Assembly (NCBI GenBank): GCA_034437795.1
Contig: DAOTTI010000012.1
Coordinates: 12,479-76,478 of the forward strand
Source: Chloroflexota bacterium
GTDB taxonomy: Bacteria > Chloroflexota > UBA11872 > UBA12225
Reading direction: 5' to 3'
DNA: 64,000 nt
Of the stretch, positions 36,651-46,972 are shown piece by piece. Under the pieces are notes generated by a model. That model saw nothing but the letters and a program-made list of their open reading frames with translations, ran no database searches and had not been told where the DNA came from. Each line of letters starts with the position of its first letter. Position 1 is the stretch's first letter. The position numbers were made by a program, and so were the translations under genes.

Positions 36651-37969
36651 GAAGGAACGAGCGAGCTGATGAGGGCCAGGCCGGGGAGGGACGTTACCGC
36701 AGGTCGCTGGCATGGTGGGAGGAGGCGGAGCGGCTGATCCCTGGAGGCTCGCAGACGAACAGCAAGCGCCCGCAGCACTACGCCTTTGGCCGGTATCCGA
36801 TCTTTGCCGAGCGGGCTGCCGGCTGCCGGATCTGGGACGTGGACGGCAACGAGTACATCGATTACGTCAATGGCCTGGGGCCGATCACCCTTGGCTACGC
36901 CTACCCCGCGGTGGACGAGGCGGTGAAGGGGCAGCTGGCGCGCGGGGTAGTGAGCGGCCTGCTGTGGCCGGTGGAGGTGGAGGCGGCGAGGGCGCTGGCG
37001 GAGGTGATCCCCTGCGCCGAGATGGTGCGCTTCTTCAAAGGGGGAGGCGAGGCGACGGCCGCCGCCGCGCGCATCGCCCGCGCCCGAACCGGCCGCCATG
37101 TGATCCTGAATGCGGGCTATCGGGGCTGGCCGGACACGTGGGCGGCGGGGCGGGATCCGGCGGTGCCGCCGGAGCTGGCGCGGTACACGCTCTCCTTCCG
37201 GCATGGGGACCTGGCCCAGCTGGAGCGGCTGCTGGCGGAGCACCGCAACCGCGTGGCGGCCGTCTTCACGGACCTGCCGTACGATGGCTCGCTGGGGCGC
37301 GACTATCTGCAGGGAGTACGGGAGCTGGCACACGCGCACGGGGCGCTGTTCTGCCTGGACGAGATCGTGTGCGGGTTCCGGCTGGCGCACGGCGGGATGC
37401 ACGAGTACTACGGCGTGGCGCCGGACCTGGCCTGCTTCGCCAAGGGCATGGCCAACGGACTGCCCCTGGCCGCCGTGGTGGGGCGGCGGGAGGTGATGGA
37501 GGTGGCTGGCAAGGCCCTGATCTCGCTCACCTATGGGGGCGAGGCGCTCTCGCTGGCCGCGTGCCTGGCGACGATTGGCGAGTACCGGCGGCGGGACGTG
37601 ATCGGCCACCTCTGGCGGGAAGGGGAACGCCTGATGGCCGGCCTGAACGCCGCGGCCGGGTCGGCCGGCGTGCCATTCCGCTGCCTGGGGTATGCGCCGA
37701 TGAGCGCCATGCGCTTCGACCTGCCGGCCGAGCAGGTCGGGCCGGCATGGGAGCTCTTCCTGGCCGAGTGCGCGGCGGGGGGCGTGCTGTTCCGGCGGGG
37801 CGGTCTGAACATGCTGACCTACTCCCACACCGCGGCGGACGTGGAGCGCACGATCGCGGTGGCGGCGCAGGCGCTGGCGGCGGTTCGTGCGGCGGGGTTC
37901 TCGGCGTCGGCGGGTGCTGCCGTGGGGGCAGGGGCCGCGGGCCAGCAGGCCGGGCCCTGGACGGCATAG
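36647..37969 (+). CDS. Class III aminotransferase, glutamate-1-semialdehyde aminomutase-like
   Basis: IPGGSQTNSKR, IWDVDGNEYIDY, VRFFKGGGEA, FCLDEIVCGFR, PDLACFAKGMANGLP (PLP-binding Lys). Confidence 0.9.
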   Translation: MRRNERADEGQAGEGRYRRSLAWWEEAERLIPGGSQTNSKRPQHYAFGRYPIFAERAAGCRIWDVDGNEYIDYVNGLGPITLGYAYPAVDEAVKGQLARGVVSGLLWPVEVEAARALAEVIPCAEMVRFFKGGGEATAAAARIARARTGRHVILNAGYRGWPDTWAAGRDPAVPPELARYTLSFRHGDLAQLERLLAEHRNRVAAVFTDLPYDGSLGRDYLQGVRELAHAHGALFCLDEIVCGFRLAHGGMHEYYGVAPDLACFAKGMANGLPLAAVVGRREVMEVAGKALISLTYGGEALSLAACLATIGEYRRRDVIGHLWREGERLMAGLNAAAGSAGVPFRCLGYAPMSAMRFDLPAEQVGPAWELFLAECAAGGVLFRRGGLNMLTYSHTAADVERTIAVAAQALAAVRAAGFSASAGAAVGAGAAGQQAGPWTA

Positions 37970-38211
37970 CTCTGCCTTATCCGCACCTCTGCCCGGCAGT
38001 CCGCGGCGCCCCTGCCAAGCGGTCGCGCCGCCGACATACGCTCGTGTCACAGCCCGTGTGCAAGGGACGCCCTCTTCTGCTGGCCAGCAGCCGAATGGGC
38101 ACCACTGGTCAAGACACAATCGGGGGATGTGGCTGGCGAACCTCAACCGGAAGTCCACGGCGGTGCAACGCCAACGCACATTTGCTCCGCCAAAGTGCAT
38201 TCGTGGCCACG

Positions 38212-38418
38212 ATGCATCCCCGCCGCACGCCGCTCCAAGCGCACGAGGTCCGGCAACTGCACGAGGCCCTGGTGGAAGCTGAACAACCGCTACTCCTGGC
38301 CATGCCGGTGGCCGACGCAGAGGCGGAGCGGCTGCGCTCACGCGCCTGCGAGCTGATGGCCGACCTGCTGCCGCTGCTGGCCCGGCTAGGACGCCGACTG
38401 GAAGGAGTGCGCACGTGA
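38212..38418 (+). CDS. Possible small helical hypothetical protein (68 aa)
   Basis: 3' end of ORF 36712-38418 from ATG 38212 shows coding-like codon use (MHPRRTPLQAHEVRQLHEALVEAEQ...). No recognisable motif. Confidence 0.3.
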   Translation: MHPRRTPLQAHEVRQLHEALVEAEQPLLLAMPVADAEAERLRSRACELMADLLPLLARLGRRLEGVRT

Positions 38419-38983
38419 GGGACGAGTGGCGAGTGGCGGGTGAGGGGAGGAGTGATGGGCGGGAGGAGTGGAGAGCGGGGAGGGAGGAAAGGGGGGAGTG
38501 GCAAGCACGGCATGGTCGTATCCCGCCAGGTGTGCAACCGGCAGCGCCGTCCTCCTGGCTGCAAGACGGACCTCACTACTGCTCAGGACCCAGTTGCGGG
38601 AATAGGGAGAGCGTGGAGTGAGGCGAGACCGCCGTGGGTGACGTCCTCTCTCCCGTGGGCCTCATTCTCCTCTCCGTGTGGGAGCGGGGGCGGCGCGGCC
38701 GCGACCGAAGGGGGTGAGGGCCGTCCTCCCTCCCCGTGTGGCGTGGCCGCGGCCGAAGGGGGTGAGGGCTGCTCTCCGGTGGCCGTCGTCCCCCTCTCCC
38801 GCGTACGGGAGACCGTGCGGCGGGGCCAAGCCGCATGATGGGGCAGGGTCTGGCAGGGATGCGGCGCGGCTCCGGCCGAAGGGGGTGGGGGCTGCCGTCT
38901 CCATGTCTGCGTGTCGGAGCAGGGGCGGGGCAGGCGAACGCGGGAAGGGCGCGGGGGCGGGCCGGCACCGTACTATCGGGGAC

Positions 38984-40702
38984 ATGGCAGAGACGGCCTT
39001 TATCGTGGATCTCGCCCTGGCCGTGCTGACCGCCTTTGCCGGCGGCGTGCTGGCCCAGCGCCTGAGGCAGCCGGTAATCCTTGGCTACCTCCTGGCGGGG
39101 GTGCTGATCGGGCCATTTACGCCGGGCCCGACGGTGGAGCCGCGCACGGTGCACGTGCTGGCCGAGGTGGGGGTGGCCTTCCTGATGTTCGCCGTGGGCG
39201 CCGAGTTCTCATTGAGCGAGCTGCGTCGGCTGGGGCGCGTGGCCGCGCTGGGCGGCGCGCTGCAGATCGGCTGCACGATGGGGTTGGGCCCGCTCCTGGC
39301 GCCCGCGCTGGGACTGACCTTCGTCCAGGGCGTGTTCCTGGGGGCGCTGCTGGCCCTCTCCAGCACGGTGGTGGCGGTGAAACTGCTGATGGCGCGTGGC
39401 GAGCTTCAGGCGCTGCACGGTCGGGTGGCGTTGGGGATCCTCATTGCCCAGGACCTGGCGGTGGTGCCGATGGCGATCGTCCTGCCGGCGCTGACGTCCG
39501 GCGCGGACGGGCTGCTGGCGCACCTGGGGCTGGCGGCGGTGAAGGCCGGCGGCATCCTGCTGGGGGCGTACCTCGTGGGGGCGCGGGCGGTCCCCTGGAT
39601 ACTGGGGCATGTGGCCAGGTCGCGCACGCGAGAGGTGTTCCTGCTGGGGGTGGTGGGCCTGGCCCTGGGGACGGCGCTGGTGACGCAGTTCGCGGGGCTG
39701 TCGCTGGCCTTTGGCGCCTTCCTGGCGGGGCTGGTGGTGGCCGAGTCCGAATACCGCGCGCAGGTGGTGGCGGAGGTGCTGCCCTTGCGGGACCTGTTCG
39801 CGTCGCTGTTCTTTGTCTCGGTGGGGATGCTCATCAATCCGGCGGCCCTGGTCCCCAACGCCGGGCTGGTGGCGCTCCTGAGCGGGGCGGTGGTTCTGGG
39901 CAAGGCGGGGATCGTGGCCCTGGTGGTGGCGCTCCTGGGGATGCCCGGGCGGGTGGCGGTGCTGGCGGGGCTAAGCCTGGCGCAGGTGGGGGAGTTCTCC
40001 TTCGTCCTGGCGCGCATCGGCGTCGGCGGGGAGGCGATCCCGCCAGCGCTATTCGACCTCACCCTGGCCACGGCGCTGGTCACGATTGTGCTCACGCCGT
40101 TGCTGCTGCGGGGCGCGCCGTTCCTCCTGCAAGGAATGGAGCGGCTGCCGGTTCTGGGGAGCCAGTTCGCGCCGACGCCAGTGCCTGGCAGCACGGACGA
40201 GGGGGTGCCGGAGCTGCGCGGGCATGCGGTGATCGGGGGCTTTGGGCGGCTAGGGCGGGAGCTGGCGGCCGCCCTGGAGGCGCGGGGCGTCCCCTACGTG
40301 GTGATCGAGTACAACCCGCTGGTGGTGCGCGAGCTGCGGGCGCGGGGCGTGCCGGTCATCTACGGCGACGCCGCCAACCCCGCCGTGCTGGAGCGCGCCC
40401 ACCTCGATCGGGCGCGGGTGCTGGCGGTCCTGATGCCGGACGCGACCGCGACGGAGGCCGCGACCATCCAGGCCCGGCGGCTCAATCCGCGCCTGGACAT
40501 CGTGGCGCGGGCCCGCGACGTCCACGACGTGGCGCGCCTGCGGCGGGCCGGCGCCACCGCCGTGGTGCAGCCGGAGTTCGAGGCAGGGGTGGAGGTGATC
40601 CGGCACGCCCTGCGCCGGTACGGGGTGGCCAGCCAGGAGCTGAACCTGCTGACGGCCGGGCGGCGAGAAACCTTCTACCAGCAGCCGGCGAGTGCCGAGT
40701 AG
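38984..40702 (+). CDS. CPA2 cation:proton antiporter with TrkA-N domain (KefB/YbaL-like)
   Basis: LRQPVILGYLLAG, ALSSTVVAVK, LIAQDLAVVP, QVGEFSFVLA, IGGFGRLG, VIYGDA. Start at ATG 38984. Confidence 0.92.
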   Translation: MAETAFIVDLALAVLTAFAGGVLAQRLRQPVILGYLLAGVLIGPFTPGPTVEPRTVHVLAEVGVAFLMFAVGAEFSLSELRRLGRVAALGGALQIGCTMGLGPLLAPALGLTFVQGVFLGALLALSSTVVAVKLLMARGELQALHGRVALGILIAQDLAVVPMAIVLPALTSGADGLLAHLGLAAVKAGGILLGAYLVGARAVPWILGHVARSRTREVFLLGVVGLALGTALVTQFAGLSLAFGAFLAGLVVAESEYRAQVVAEVLPLRDLFASLFFVSVGMLINPAALVPNAGLVALLSGAVVLGKAGIVALVVALLGMPGRVAVLAGLSLAQVGEFSFVLARIGVGGEAIPPALFDLTLATALVTIVLTPLLLRGAPFLLQGMERLPVLGSQFAPTPVPGSTDEGVPELRGHAVIGGFGRLGRELAAALEARGVPYVVIEYNPLVVRELRARGVPVIYGDAANPAVLERAHLDRARVLAVLMPDATATEAATIQARRLNPRLDIVARARDVHDVARLRRAGATAVVQPEFEAGVEVIRHALRRYGVASQELNLLTAGRRETFYQQPASAE

Positions 40703-40847
40703 CGACGAGCGAGGAGCGAGTGGCAAGGAGCGAGGAGCGAGCGGGGAGCCCGCGTCTTGGCCTGAGATGACCGCGGGAGGCGTGACGGCGGCAGGGAGAG
40801 GGAGCGCGCGCCTGGCGTGGGGCATCCGCGCTGGGCGGCCGGCGCCG

Positions 40848-42221
40848 TCAGGCAGGTGGCGTGCGGGGTGGCTCGGGTGCGGCGGGCACAGGCGCGCGGG
40901 GGGGCAGCAGACGGACGAGGGCCACCCGCATGCCATCGAGCTGCTCCACGCGGATGGTGCGGCCGTCGATCTGGACCTCATCGCCGAGCTGTGGGATCCG
41001 CCCCAGGCGGGCCATGACCACGCCACCGATGGTCTCCACCTGCTCGCGGTCGCGCTCTTCGAGGCGCACCCCCGTGGCCTCTTCCCACTCGTCGAGGCGG
41101 GTCAGGCCATCAACGAGCAGCGAACCGTCCGGCTGAGGGACGATCGCTGGCGGCGGGGCCGCGGTGCCGGCGGCCGCCGGCTCGGGCTTCATCGGACCTA
41201 CCAGGGCTTCGACCAGGTCTTCCAGGGTGAGAATGCCCGCCGTCCCGCCGAACTCGTCGATCACGACGGCGAAGTAGCTACCACGCTGGCGCATCTCCTC
41301 CAGGATGTCGTCGGCCGGCTTGCTCTCGGGAACGACCATGGCCGGCCGGATGATGCGCTCCAGCTTGAAGTCCGCCGGCCGCTCTTTCACAATACGGAGC
41401 AGGTCGTGGGTATCCAGCACGCCGACGATGGTGTCCAGGGAGCCGGCGTAGACGGGGAGGCGGTGGTGCCGGCTGGCCGCGGCCCGCTCCAGCAGCTCAT
41501 CGAGGCTAGCATCCAGAGGGACGGCCTCGACCTCGGTGCGGGGCGTCATCAGCGCGCCGGCGGTGAGATCGGCAAAGGTAAAGGCGCGCGTGGCGATGCG
41601 GGCCTCCGATTCCTCCACCACGCCCGCCTCGCGGCTGCCAGTGACCAGGAGGCGCAGCTCCTCGATGCTATGCACCAGCTCGTGACCGGCGGCGGGGCGG
41701 AGGCCGGCCAGGCGCAGCACGGCGTTGCCGATGCCGTTCAGCAGAGCGATCGGCCAGCGGAAGACGAACTCGAAGATCTGCATGGGGCGGGCGACCCAGA
41801 TGGCCGTCCCTTCCGCCCGCTGGAGGGCGAGCCCCTTGGGCGCAAGCTCTCCCAGGATGATGTGCAGGGCGGTGACGAAGGCGAACGAGGCGCCGATGGC
41901 GACGCCGTGGGCGGCGGCGGGGGCGAAGTGGCCGATGAGGGCGGTGAGCGGTGGCTCGACCAGGTGGGCGAGGGCCGGCTCACCGATCCAGCCCAGGGCC
42001 AGGGAGGCCATGGTGATGCCGAGCTGGCAGGCGGCGATGTAGGTATCCAGGCGCTCGGCGATCTGCTTGGCCGCGCGCGCACCGGCATGTCCCCGCGCGG
42101 CCAGCTCCTCCAGGCGGCTGCGGCGGACCGCAACGATGGCGAACTCGGTGGCCACGAAGAAGCCGTTGGCCAGGACCAGGGCGATGATGGCGAACAGTCC
42201 AACGATGGACGTTACGTCCAT
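40848..42221 (-). CDS. Hemolysin-family CNNM/CBS/CorC_HlyC protein
   Basis: NGFFVATEFAIV, CQLGITMASLALG, IILGELAPK, MTPRTEV, HRLPVY, VIDEFGGTAGILTLED, ETIGG. Confidence 0.93.
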   Translation of the reverse strand: MDVTSIVGLFAIIALVLANGFFVATEFAIVAVRRSRLEELAARGHAGARAAKQIAERLDTYIAACQLGITMASLALGWIGEPALAHLVEPPLTALIGHFAPAAAHGVAIGASFAFVTALHIILGELAPKGLALQRAEGTAIWVARPMQIFEFVFRWPIALLNGIGNAVLRLAGLRPAAGHELVHSIEELRLLVTGSREAGVVEESEARIATRAFTFADLTAGALMTPRTEVEAVPLDASLDELLERAAASRHHRLPVYAGSLDTIVGVLDTHDLLRIVKERPADFKLERIIRPAMVVPESKPADDILEEMRQRGSYFAVVIDEFGGTAGILTLEDLVEALVGPMKPEPAAAGTAAPPPAIVPQPDGSLLVDGLTRLDEWEEATGVRLEERDREQVETIGGVVMARLGRIPQLGDEVQIDGRTIRVEQLDGMRVALVRLLPPRAPVPAAPEPPRTPPA

Positions 42222-42587
42222 GCCGTCAGCATCTTCCTCCCGGCGGCCGGCGACGCCCGGGGGGCGTGGCGCCCCGCCGCGGGGGATGGGATGGAACCGC
42301 AGCGCCTATCGTCGTGGCCGGCGGCGCGGGGACGGATGGACCGTACGGCATATCGAGTGCGCCGGCCGAACGGGTCAGGCGCGGCGCCGGGGGCGCTGGC
42401 CGAGGAGCAGGGCCACGCGTACCGGCGGCCCGCTCGACGGCACGGGGGCCGGGGCGCCATCTGCGGCTCGTCCACGAACGTACTGGTGTAAGTATAGGCC
42501 AGGCTGCCGGCCCAGGCCCTACCACCCCGCCGCCCCGCCGACGCGGGGACGCGGAGACATGGGGACACGATTTCAGGCCTGCCGGCC

Positions 42588-43916
42588 TTACCGGCGCTTG
42601 GCCACCTCCTTATCCAGTAGCTCCTGCGCCCGCCGGTGGGCCTCGGCCAGGGCTTCCTTCGCGATCTTCTGGTTGCGGTAGGCGGCGACCAGCTCCTCGC
42701 CGATGACGTTCATCATCTCCTGGTAGTTGGTGACGATGGGGTAGGGTTTGCTGTCCGGGCGCCGGATCTGCCTGGTGACGGGGATCCAGGCCGGGTCGGT
42801 GGAGTAGGGGGGCTTGTCGAAGTTGGCGAGGGCGACGGGGACGTAGCCGGCCGCCGAGTTCCAGGCGAGGTCGCTGCTTTCCTTATTCATGAAGCGCATC
42901 ACGGTCCAGGCGAGGTCGCGGACCTTGCTGTCCTTGAACAGGACGATGTTGTTGGCCTGCAGCATGACCGTACGGGACTTCTTCTCCGGGTTGAGGGCAG
43001 TCATAAATTTCATGTCCGGCCAGTTCCGGCGGAACTCGGGGATATTCCAGGAGCCGCCGACCCAGAGCGCGACCTTCCCCGTCTCTCGCGGGTTCTGGAT
43101 GGCGTAGCCGGGCGGGATGGTGCACTGATCCTTCCAGATCAGATCCTGGAGGTACTGCAGCGTCTCTACCCCTTCGGGAGTATTGAACGTGAACCGGGTG
43201 AGATCCTTACTCATCCACTCCACGCCGTTCTGCAGGGCAAACTGCATGAAGTCGGTGGTCGAGGACTGGTCGGTGGAGTAAGCGTACATCATGTTGCCCC
43301 AGCGCTCGCGGGAGCGGTCGGTCATCCTGATCGCCATCTCGCGGCGCTGGGCCCAGGTCTCCGGTGGGGTGGGGTCATTCCCACGGACGAAGCCGTACTC
43401 GCGCAGCAGGTCGGGGTTGAAGAACTGGTGCAGGGTGACCGTGGTGAAGGGCAGGGCGAAGGTGCGGCCGTTCTGCTGGGTGGAGACCAGCCGCGCGGCG
43501 CCGTGCCTGGCCACCAGGTCGATCCGGTCGGCCTTGACGTAGGGGTCTAGGGGCACGAGCGCCCCTCGGGACTCGTAGTCGGCCGTCCAGTAGTCCTTGA
43601 TCCGGGCGATGTCCGGAGGCGTGCCGGCGGCCATGGCGGCCAGCAGCTTGGTATTGTGGTCGTTCCAGCTGCCGTTGGAGGTGATGCTGAGCTTCACCTG
43701 GGGCCGCTCGCGGAAATAGTCGGGGAAGACCTGCTTTTCCAGGATCTCCACCTGTGGCTGGCCGCCGATGATCCACCACACCACCTCACCGGCGCCGGTA
43801 GGATCGGTGTTCACCTTCTCCGTGGAGGCGGGGGCCTGCCCGGCGCACGCTGCCAGGGCGAGGGCGCCGGTGGCGAGCGAGGCGCGGGCGAGTAGCTGGC
43901 GCTTGGTCAGACGCAT
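42588..43916 (-). CDS. ABC-type extracellular solute-binding protein, family 1
   Basis: LTKRQLL...LAAC leader, AAGTPPDIA, LDPYVKAD, FFNPDL, GKVAL..GGSW. Confidence 0.9.
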   Translation of the reverse strand: MRLTKRQLLARASLATGALALAACAGQAPASTEKVNTDPTGAGEVVWWIIGGQPQVEILEKQVFPDYFRERPQVKLSITSNGSWNDHNTKLLAAMAAGTPPDIARIKDYWTADYESRGALVPLDPYVKADRIDLVARHGAARLVSTQQNGRTFALPFTTVTLHQFFNPDLLREYGFVRGNDPTPPETWAQRREMAIRMTDRSRERWGNMMYAYSTDQSSTTDFMQFALQNGVEWMSKDLTRFTFNTPEGVETLQYLQDLIWKDQCTIPPGYAIQNPRETGKVALWVGGSWNIPEFRRNWPDMKFMTALNPEKKSRTVMLQANNIVLFKDSKVRDLAWTVMRFMNKESSDLAWNSAAGYVPVALANFDKPPYSTDPAWIPVTRQIRRPDSKPYPIVTNYQEMMNVIGEELVAAYRNQKIAKEALAEAHRRAQELLDKEVAKRR

Positions 43917-44378
43917 GGCTTGTCTCTCCTCAACCGATCGCCGGCCGTGTATCAGCCGGGCTCAAAGTGAGCGTAACGTGAATGGGCTGGGCGGGCAAGC
44001 GCCGGTATTTTGAATAGCGGCCTTGACGAAGATGTAACCCACGCAGGGGGCCGCATTTAACACCGCGCGCGCAGACTGTCCCCATGTCGCCGGCGCCGTG
44101 CCGCGGCGAGCCGGGTTCGTTCACCAGCGGCGCCATCACCCTCTCCCTGTGGAGAGTGAACCGGTCGCCAGCGACGGGTAGGCCGGGCTAGCTCGGGATG
44201 TTCACGCGGGGCGTCAGTGTCTTCTCCGCGGGGTGAGGGCCCCGCCGGTACAGCCGGTCGTCGCTGGCCGTGGTCGGGTTCCTCTCCCTGGGGGTAAGGG
44301 CGCTGGCTGTGAGCGATCCGGGCCTTCACGGAGTTTCGGGGCCGGCGGCGCGAATAGCCGTCCCGACGGAGCACTCTC

Positions 44379-45446
44379 ATGCGCAGGCTGACTATGGCCC
44401 ACTACGTGACGCTGGCGGGAGTGCTGGCGCTGGCTGCGGCGGCAGGATATCTCGGCTACCGGCGCTTCGCCCCGTCGCCGGCGACGGCGGCCCGTCTGAC
44501 GACGCAGGCGGCGGCGCTGGGCACCGTTGTGTCGATGATCAGCGCCACAGGGAACGTGACCAGCCCCGCCACCTCCAGGCTTTCCTTCAGCAGCGGGGGC
44601 CGGCTCAGCGAGCTGCTGGTGGGCATCGGCTCAGCGGTGCAGGCAGGGCAGGCCTTGGCCCGCATCGATCCGGCCGAGCTGGAGGTGGCGCTGGCCCAGG
44701 CGTGGGCGAACCTGTCCAGCGCCGAGGCCAAGCTGGCGCAGACGCGGGCGGGGGCCACTGTGGAGGACCTGGCGGCGGCGCAGGCGCAGCTAGACGCGGC
44801 CAGGCTCAAGCTGGAACAGACACGGGCGGTAGCCCAGGGCCCCGAGGTGACGGCCGCCCAGAGCCAGGTGGACAGCGCCAGACTGAAATTGGAGCAACTA
44901 CTGGCCGGCGCCCGGCCGGACGAGCTGGCAGCGGCCCAGACGCAGCGAGACACCGCCAGGGCCAGGCTGGAGGGACTGCTGCATCCACGGGAGGAGGACG
45001 TCGCCGTGGCCCGCAGCCAGGTGGAGAGCGCCAGGATCAAGCTGGAGCAGCTGCGGTATCCCCGCCCTGACAACGTGCGCGGCGCTCGGGCGCAACTGGC
45101 CTCGGCGCAGGCCCGCCAGGAGGCATTGCGCAACCCGCGGCCGGAAGACCTGGCCAGCGCGCAGCCCCAGGTGGACCAGGCCAGGACGCCCCTGGCGCAA
45201 CTGGTGGACCATCCGTGTACGGCCACGGCGCAGGACATCGCCAACGCCCAGCTCCAGGTGCAGAACGCGCAGGTGGGCCTGGCGAATGACCACCTGAGCG
45301 AGATCCTGAGCGGGCTGCAGGCGGGCGAGCAGGTGGTGATCCCCAGCACGACGACGGCGGGGGCGCGCCTCCAGGTGCCTGGCGTGGCGGGGATCGGCGC
45401 CGGCCCCGGGGTCGGCGGCCCGCCGCCCAGCGCCGGCCCGCGCTAG
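44379..45446 (+). CDS. Efflux periplasmic adaptor (MacA/HlyD-like) with apparent large in-frame internal deletion
   Basis: N-terminal TM, ISATGNV, LSFSSGGRLSEL.V..G..VQAGQ.LARID and a long coiled-coil, then directly the C-terminal VGL.ND..SEILSGL.AGEQVV. Second lipoyl half and beta-barrel are missing. Confidence 0.75.
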   Translation: MRRLTMAHYVTLAGVLALAAAAGYLGYRRFAPSPATAARLTTQAAALGTVVSMISATGNVTSPATSRLSFSSGGRLSELLVGIGSAVQAGQALARIDPAELEVALAQAWANLSSAEAKLAQTRAGATVEDLAAAQAQLDAARLKLEQTRAVAQGPEVTAAQSQVDSARLKLEQLLAGARPDELAAAQTQRDTARARLEGLLHPREEDVAVARSQVESARIKLEQLRYPRPDNVRGARAQLASAQARQEALRNPRPEDLASAQPQVDQARTPLAQLVDHPCTATAQDIANAQLQVQNAQVGLANDHLSEILSGLQAGEQVVIPSTTTAGARLQVPGVAGIGAGPGVGGPPPSAGPR

Positions 45447-45527
45447 CGCGGATTCGTCAGAGCCGGCGACGGGTCCCTCTCCCTCTTGGCGAGGGTGAGG
45501 GCTCCGCTCATGAGGACATCCAGGCTA
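45444..45527. mobile_element. MITE-like element family B copy (84 bp, TA-flanked)
   Basis: TAGCGCGGAT...ATCCAGGCTA termini with an internal CCCTCTCCC/GAGGGTGAGGG hairpin. The left TAG is the adaptor stop codon. Confidence 0.65.
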
Positions 45528-45593
45528 GGGCCATCGGTCCAGTAGTCGGGCCAGGAAGGCTGGACGAAAGACGACGAACGCCACCCGGCGGGC

Positions 45594-46907
45594 ATGCAGA
45601 TGGCGGCCGGAAGACAGAGAGCAAGCGAGACGATGAACGCGATGGAAAGTATCCGCGTGGCGGTACGCGCCTTGGGCGCGAACAAGCTGCGCACGGCGCT
45701 GACGATGCTGGGCATGATCATCGGCGTGGGAGCGGTGATCGCCCTGATGTCGATCGGCAAGGGCATGCAGGCCAGCGTCACGGCGCAGATTAACGCGCTG
45801 GGCAGCAACCTGCTGTTCATCTCGCCCGGCTCCACCCAGCAGGGCGGCGTGCGTTCCCAGGCCGGCACAGCGCCGACGTTGACCGCGGAGGACGCGGAGG
45901 CGATCCTGGAAGCGGGCATGCCGGAGGTGGTCAACGTCGCGCCGGACGCGGGGACCTTCGGGCAGGCGATCGCCAACGGCCAGAACATCTTCACCCGAGT
46001 GAGCGGCGTGACCCCCGCCTACCTGGAGGTGCGTAACTTCACCGTCGCCGAGGGCGAGTTCTTCAGCAAGGAACAGGTCGACGCCCGCTCGCTGGTAGCG
46101 GTGCTGGGGGCGACCGCCAGGCAGAACCTGTTCGGCGACGGTGAGGCGGTCGGGCAGACGGTGCGCGTGAACCAGGTGAACCTGCGGGTGATCGGCGTGC
46201 TGGCGGCCAAGGGCGCGCAGGCGCTGGGCAATCAGGACGATGTGATCTACGTGCCGCTCTCGACGATGCAGACGCACCTGAACCGGAACCGCACGGCGCA
46301 GGGCGGGCAGACGGTGTCGCAGATCAGCGTGCACCTGGCGGACGGCCGGCCGGAGACGGCGCAGGCAGCCGTGGAGCAGATCGGGGAGCTGCTGCGCGAG
46401 CGCCATAAGGTGGCGCAAGACGACTTCACGATCCGCAGCCAGGAGGACCTGCTGGCGACGGCCAACCAGATCACGGGGTTCATTACGCTCTTCCTGGGGT
46501 CCGTGGCGGGGATCTCGCTGCTGGTGGGCGGGATCGGGATCATGAACATCATGCTGGTATCGGTGACCGAGCGCACGCGCGAGATCGGCATCCGGAAGGC
46601 GATCGGGGCCACGCGAGGCAACATCCTGTCCCAGTTCCTGACCGAGGCGACGATGGTGAGCCTGGCCGGCGGCGCCGCCGGCATCGTGCTAGGTGGGGGC
46701 GGGTCGCGCCTGCTGAGCGGCGTCAATCTGAACGGGCAGCCGCTGCAGACGGTCGTCTCGCCGGACTCGATCGTGCTGGCGTTCGGCGTCTCGGCGCTGA
46801 TCGGCCTCTTCTTCGGGGTCTGTCCGGCGATGAAGGCATCGCGCCTGCACCCGATCGAGGCCCTGCGCTACGAGAAGAGATGGTCACGGGCAGTGGTGCT
46901 CAGGTAG
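45594..46907 (+). CDS. ABC transporter permease, MacB/FtsX family
   Basis: NKLRTALTMLGMIIGV, VAGISLLVGGIGIMNIMLVSVTERTREIGIRKAIGA, PA..AS.L.PIEALRYE. No fused or adjacent ATPase. Confidence 0.93.
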   Translation: MQMAAGRQRASETMNAMESIRVAVRALGANKLRTALTMLGMIIGVGAVIALMSIGKGMQASVTAQINALGSNLLFISPGSTQQGGVRSQAGTAPTLTAEDAEAILEAGMPEVVNVAPDAGTFGQAIANGQNIFTRVSGVTPAYLEVRNFTVAEGEFFSKEQVDARSLVAVLGATARQNLFGDGEAVGQTVRVNQVNLRVIGVLAAKGAQALGNQDDVIYVPLSTMQTHLNRNRTAQGGQTVSQISVHLADGRPETAQAAVEQIGELLRERHKVAQDDFTIRSQEDLLATANQITGFITLFLGSVAGISLLVGGIGIMNIMLVSVTERTREIGIRKAIGATRGNILSQFLTEATMVSLAGGAAGIVLGGGGSRLLSGVNLNGQPLQTVVSPDSIVLAFGVSALIGLFFGVCPAMKASRLHPIEALRYEKRWSRAVVLR

Positions 46908-46972
46908 TGATCAGCACCTTACCGAGCGTTAACGCTCAGCTAACCGTGGCCTAAACGTGTGGCCGTACGCTG

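Noticed and set aside
36647-37969. Assigning hemL
   Set aside because: It lacks clear GSA-aminomutase-specific context (no hem genes). Class III paralogues with this signature are common in other pathways.
36500-38341. 613-aa minus-strand ORF and the overlapping 568-aa plus ORF 36712-38418
   Set aside because: Alternative frames of the aminotransferase. Only the last 68 codons of the plus ORF are kept, at low confidence.
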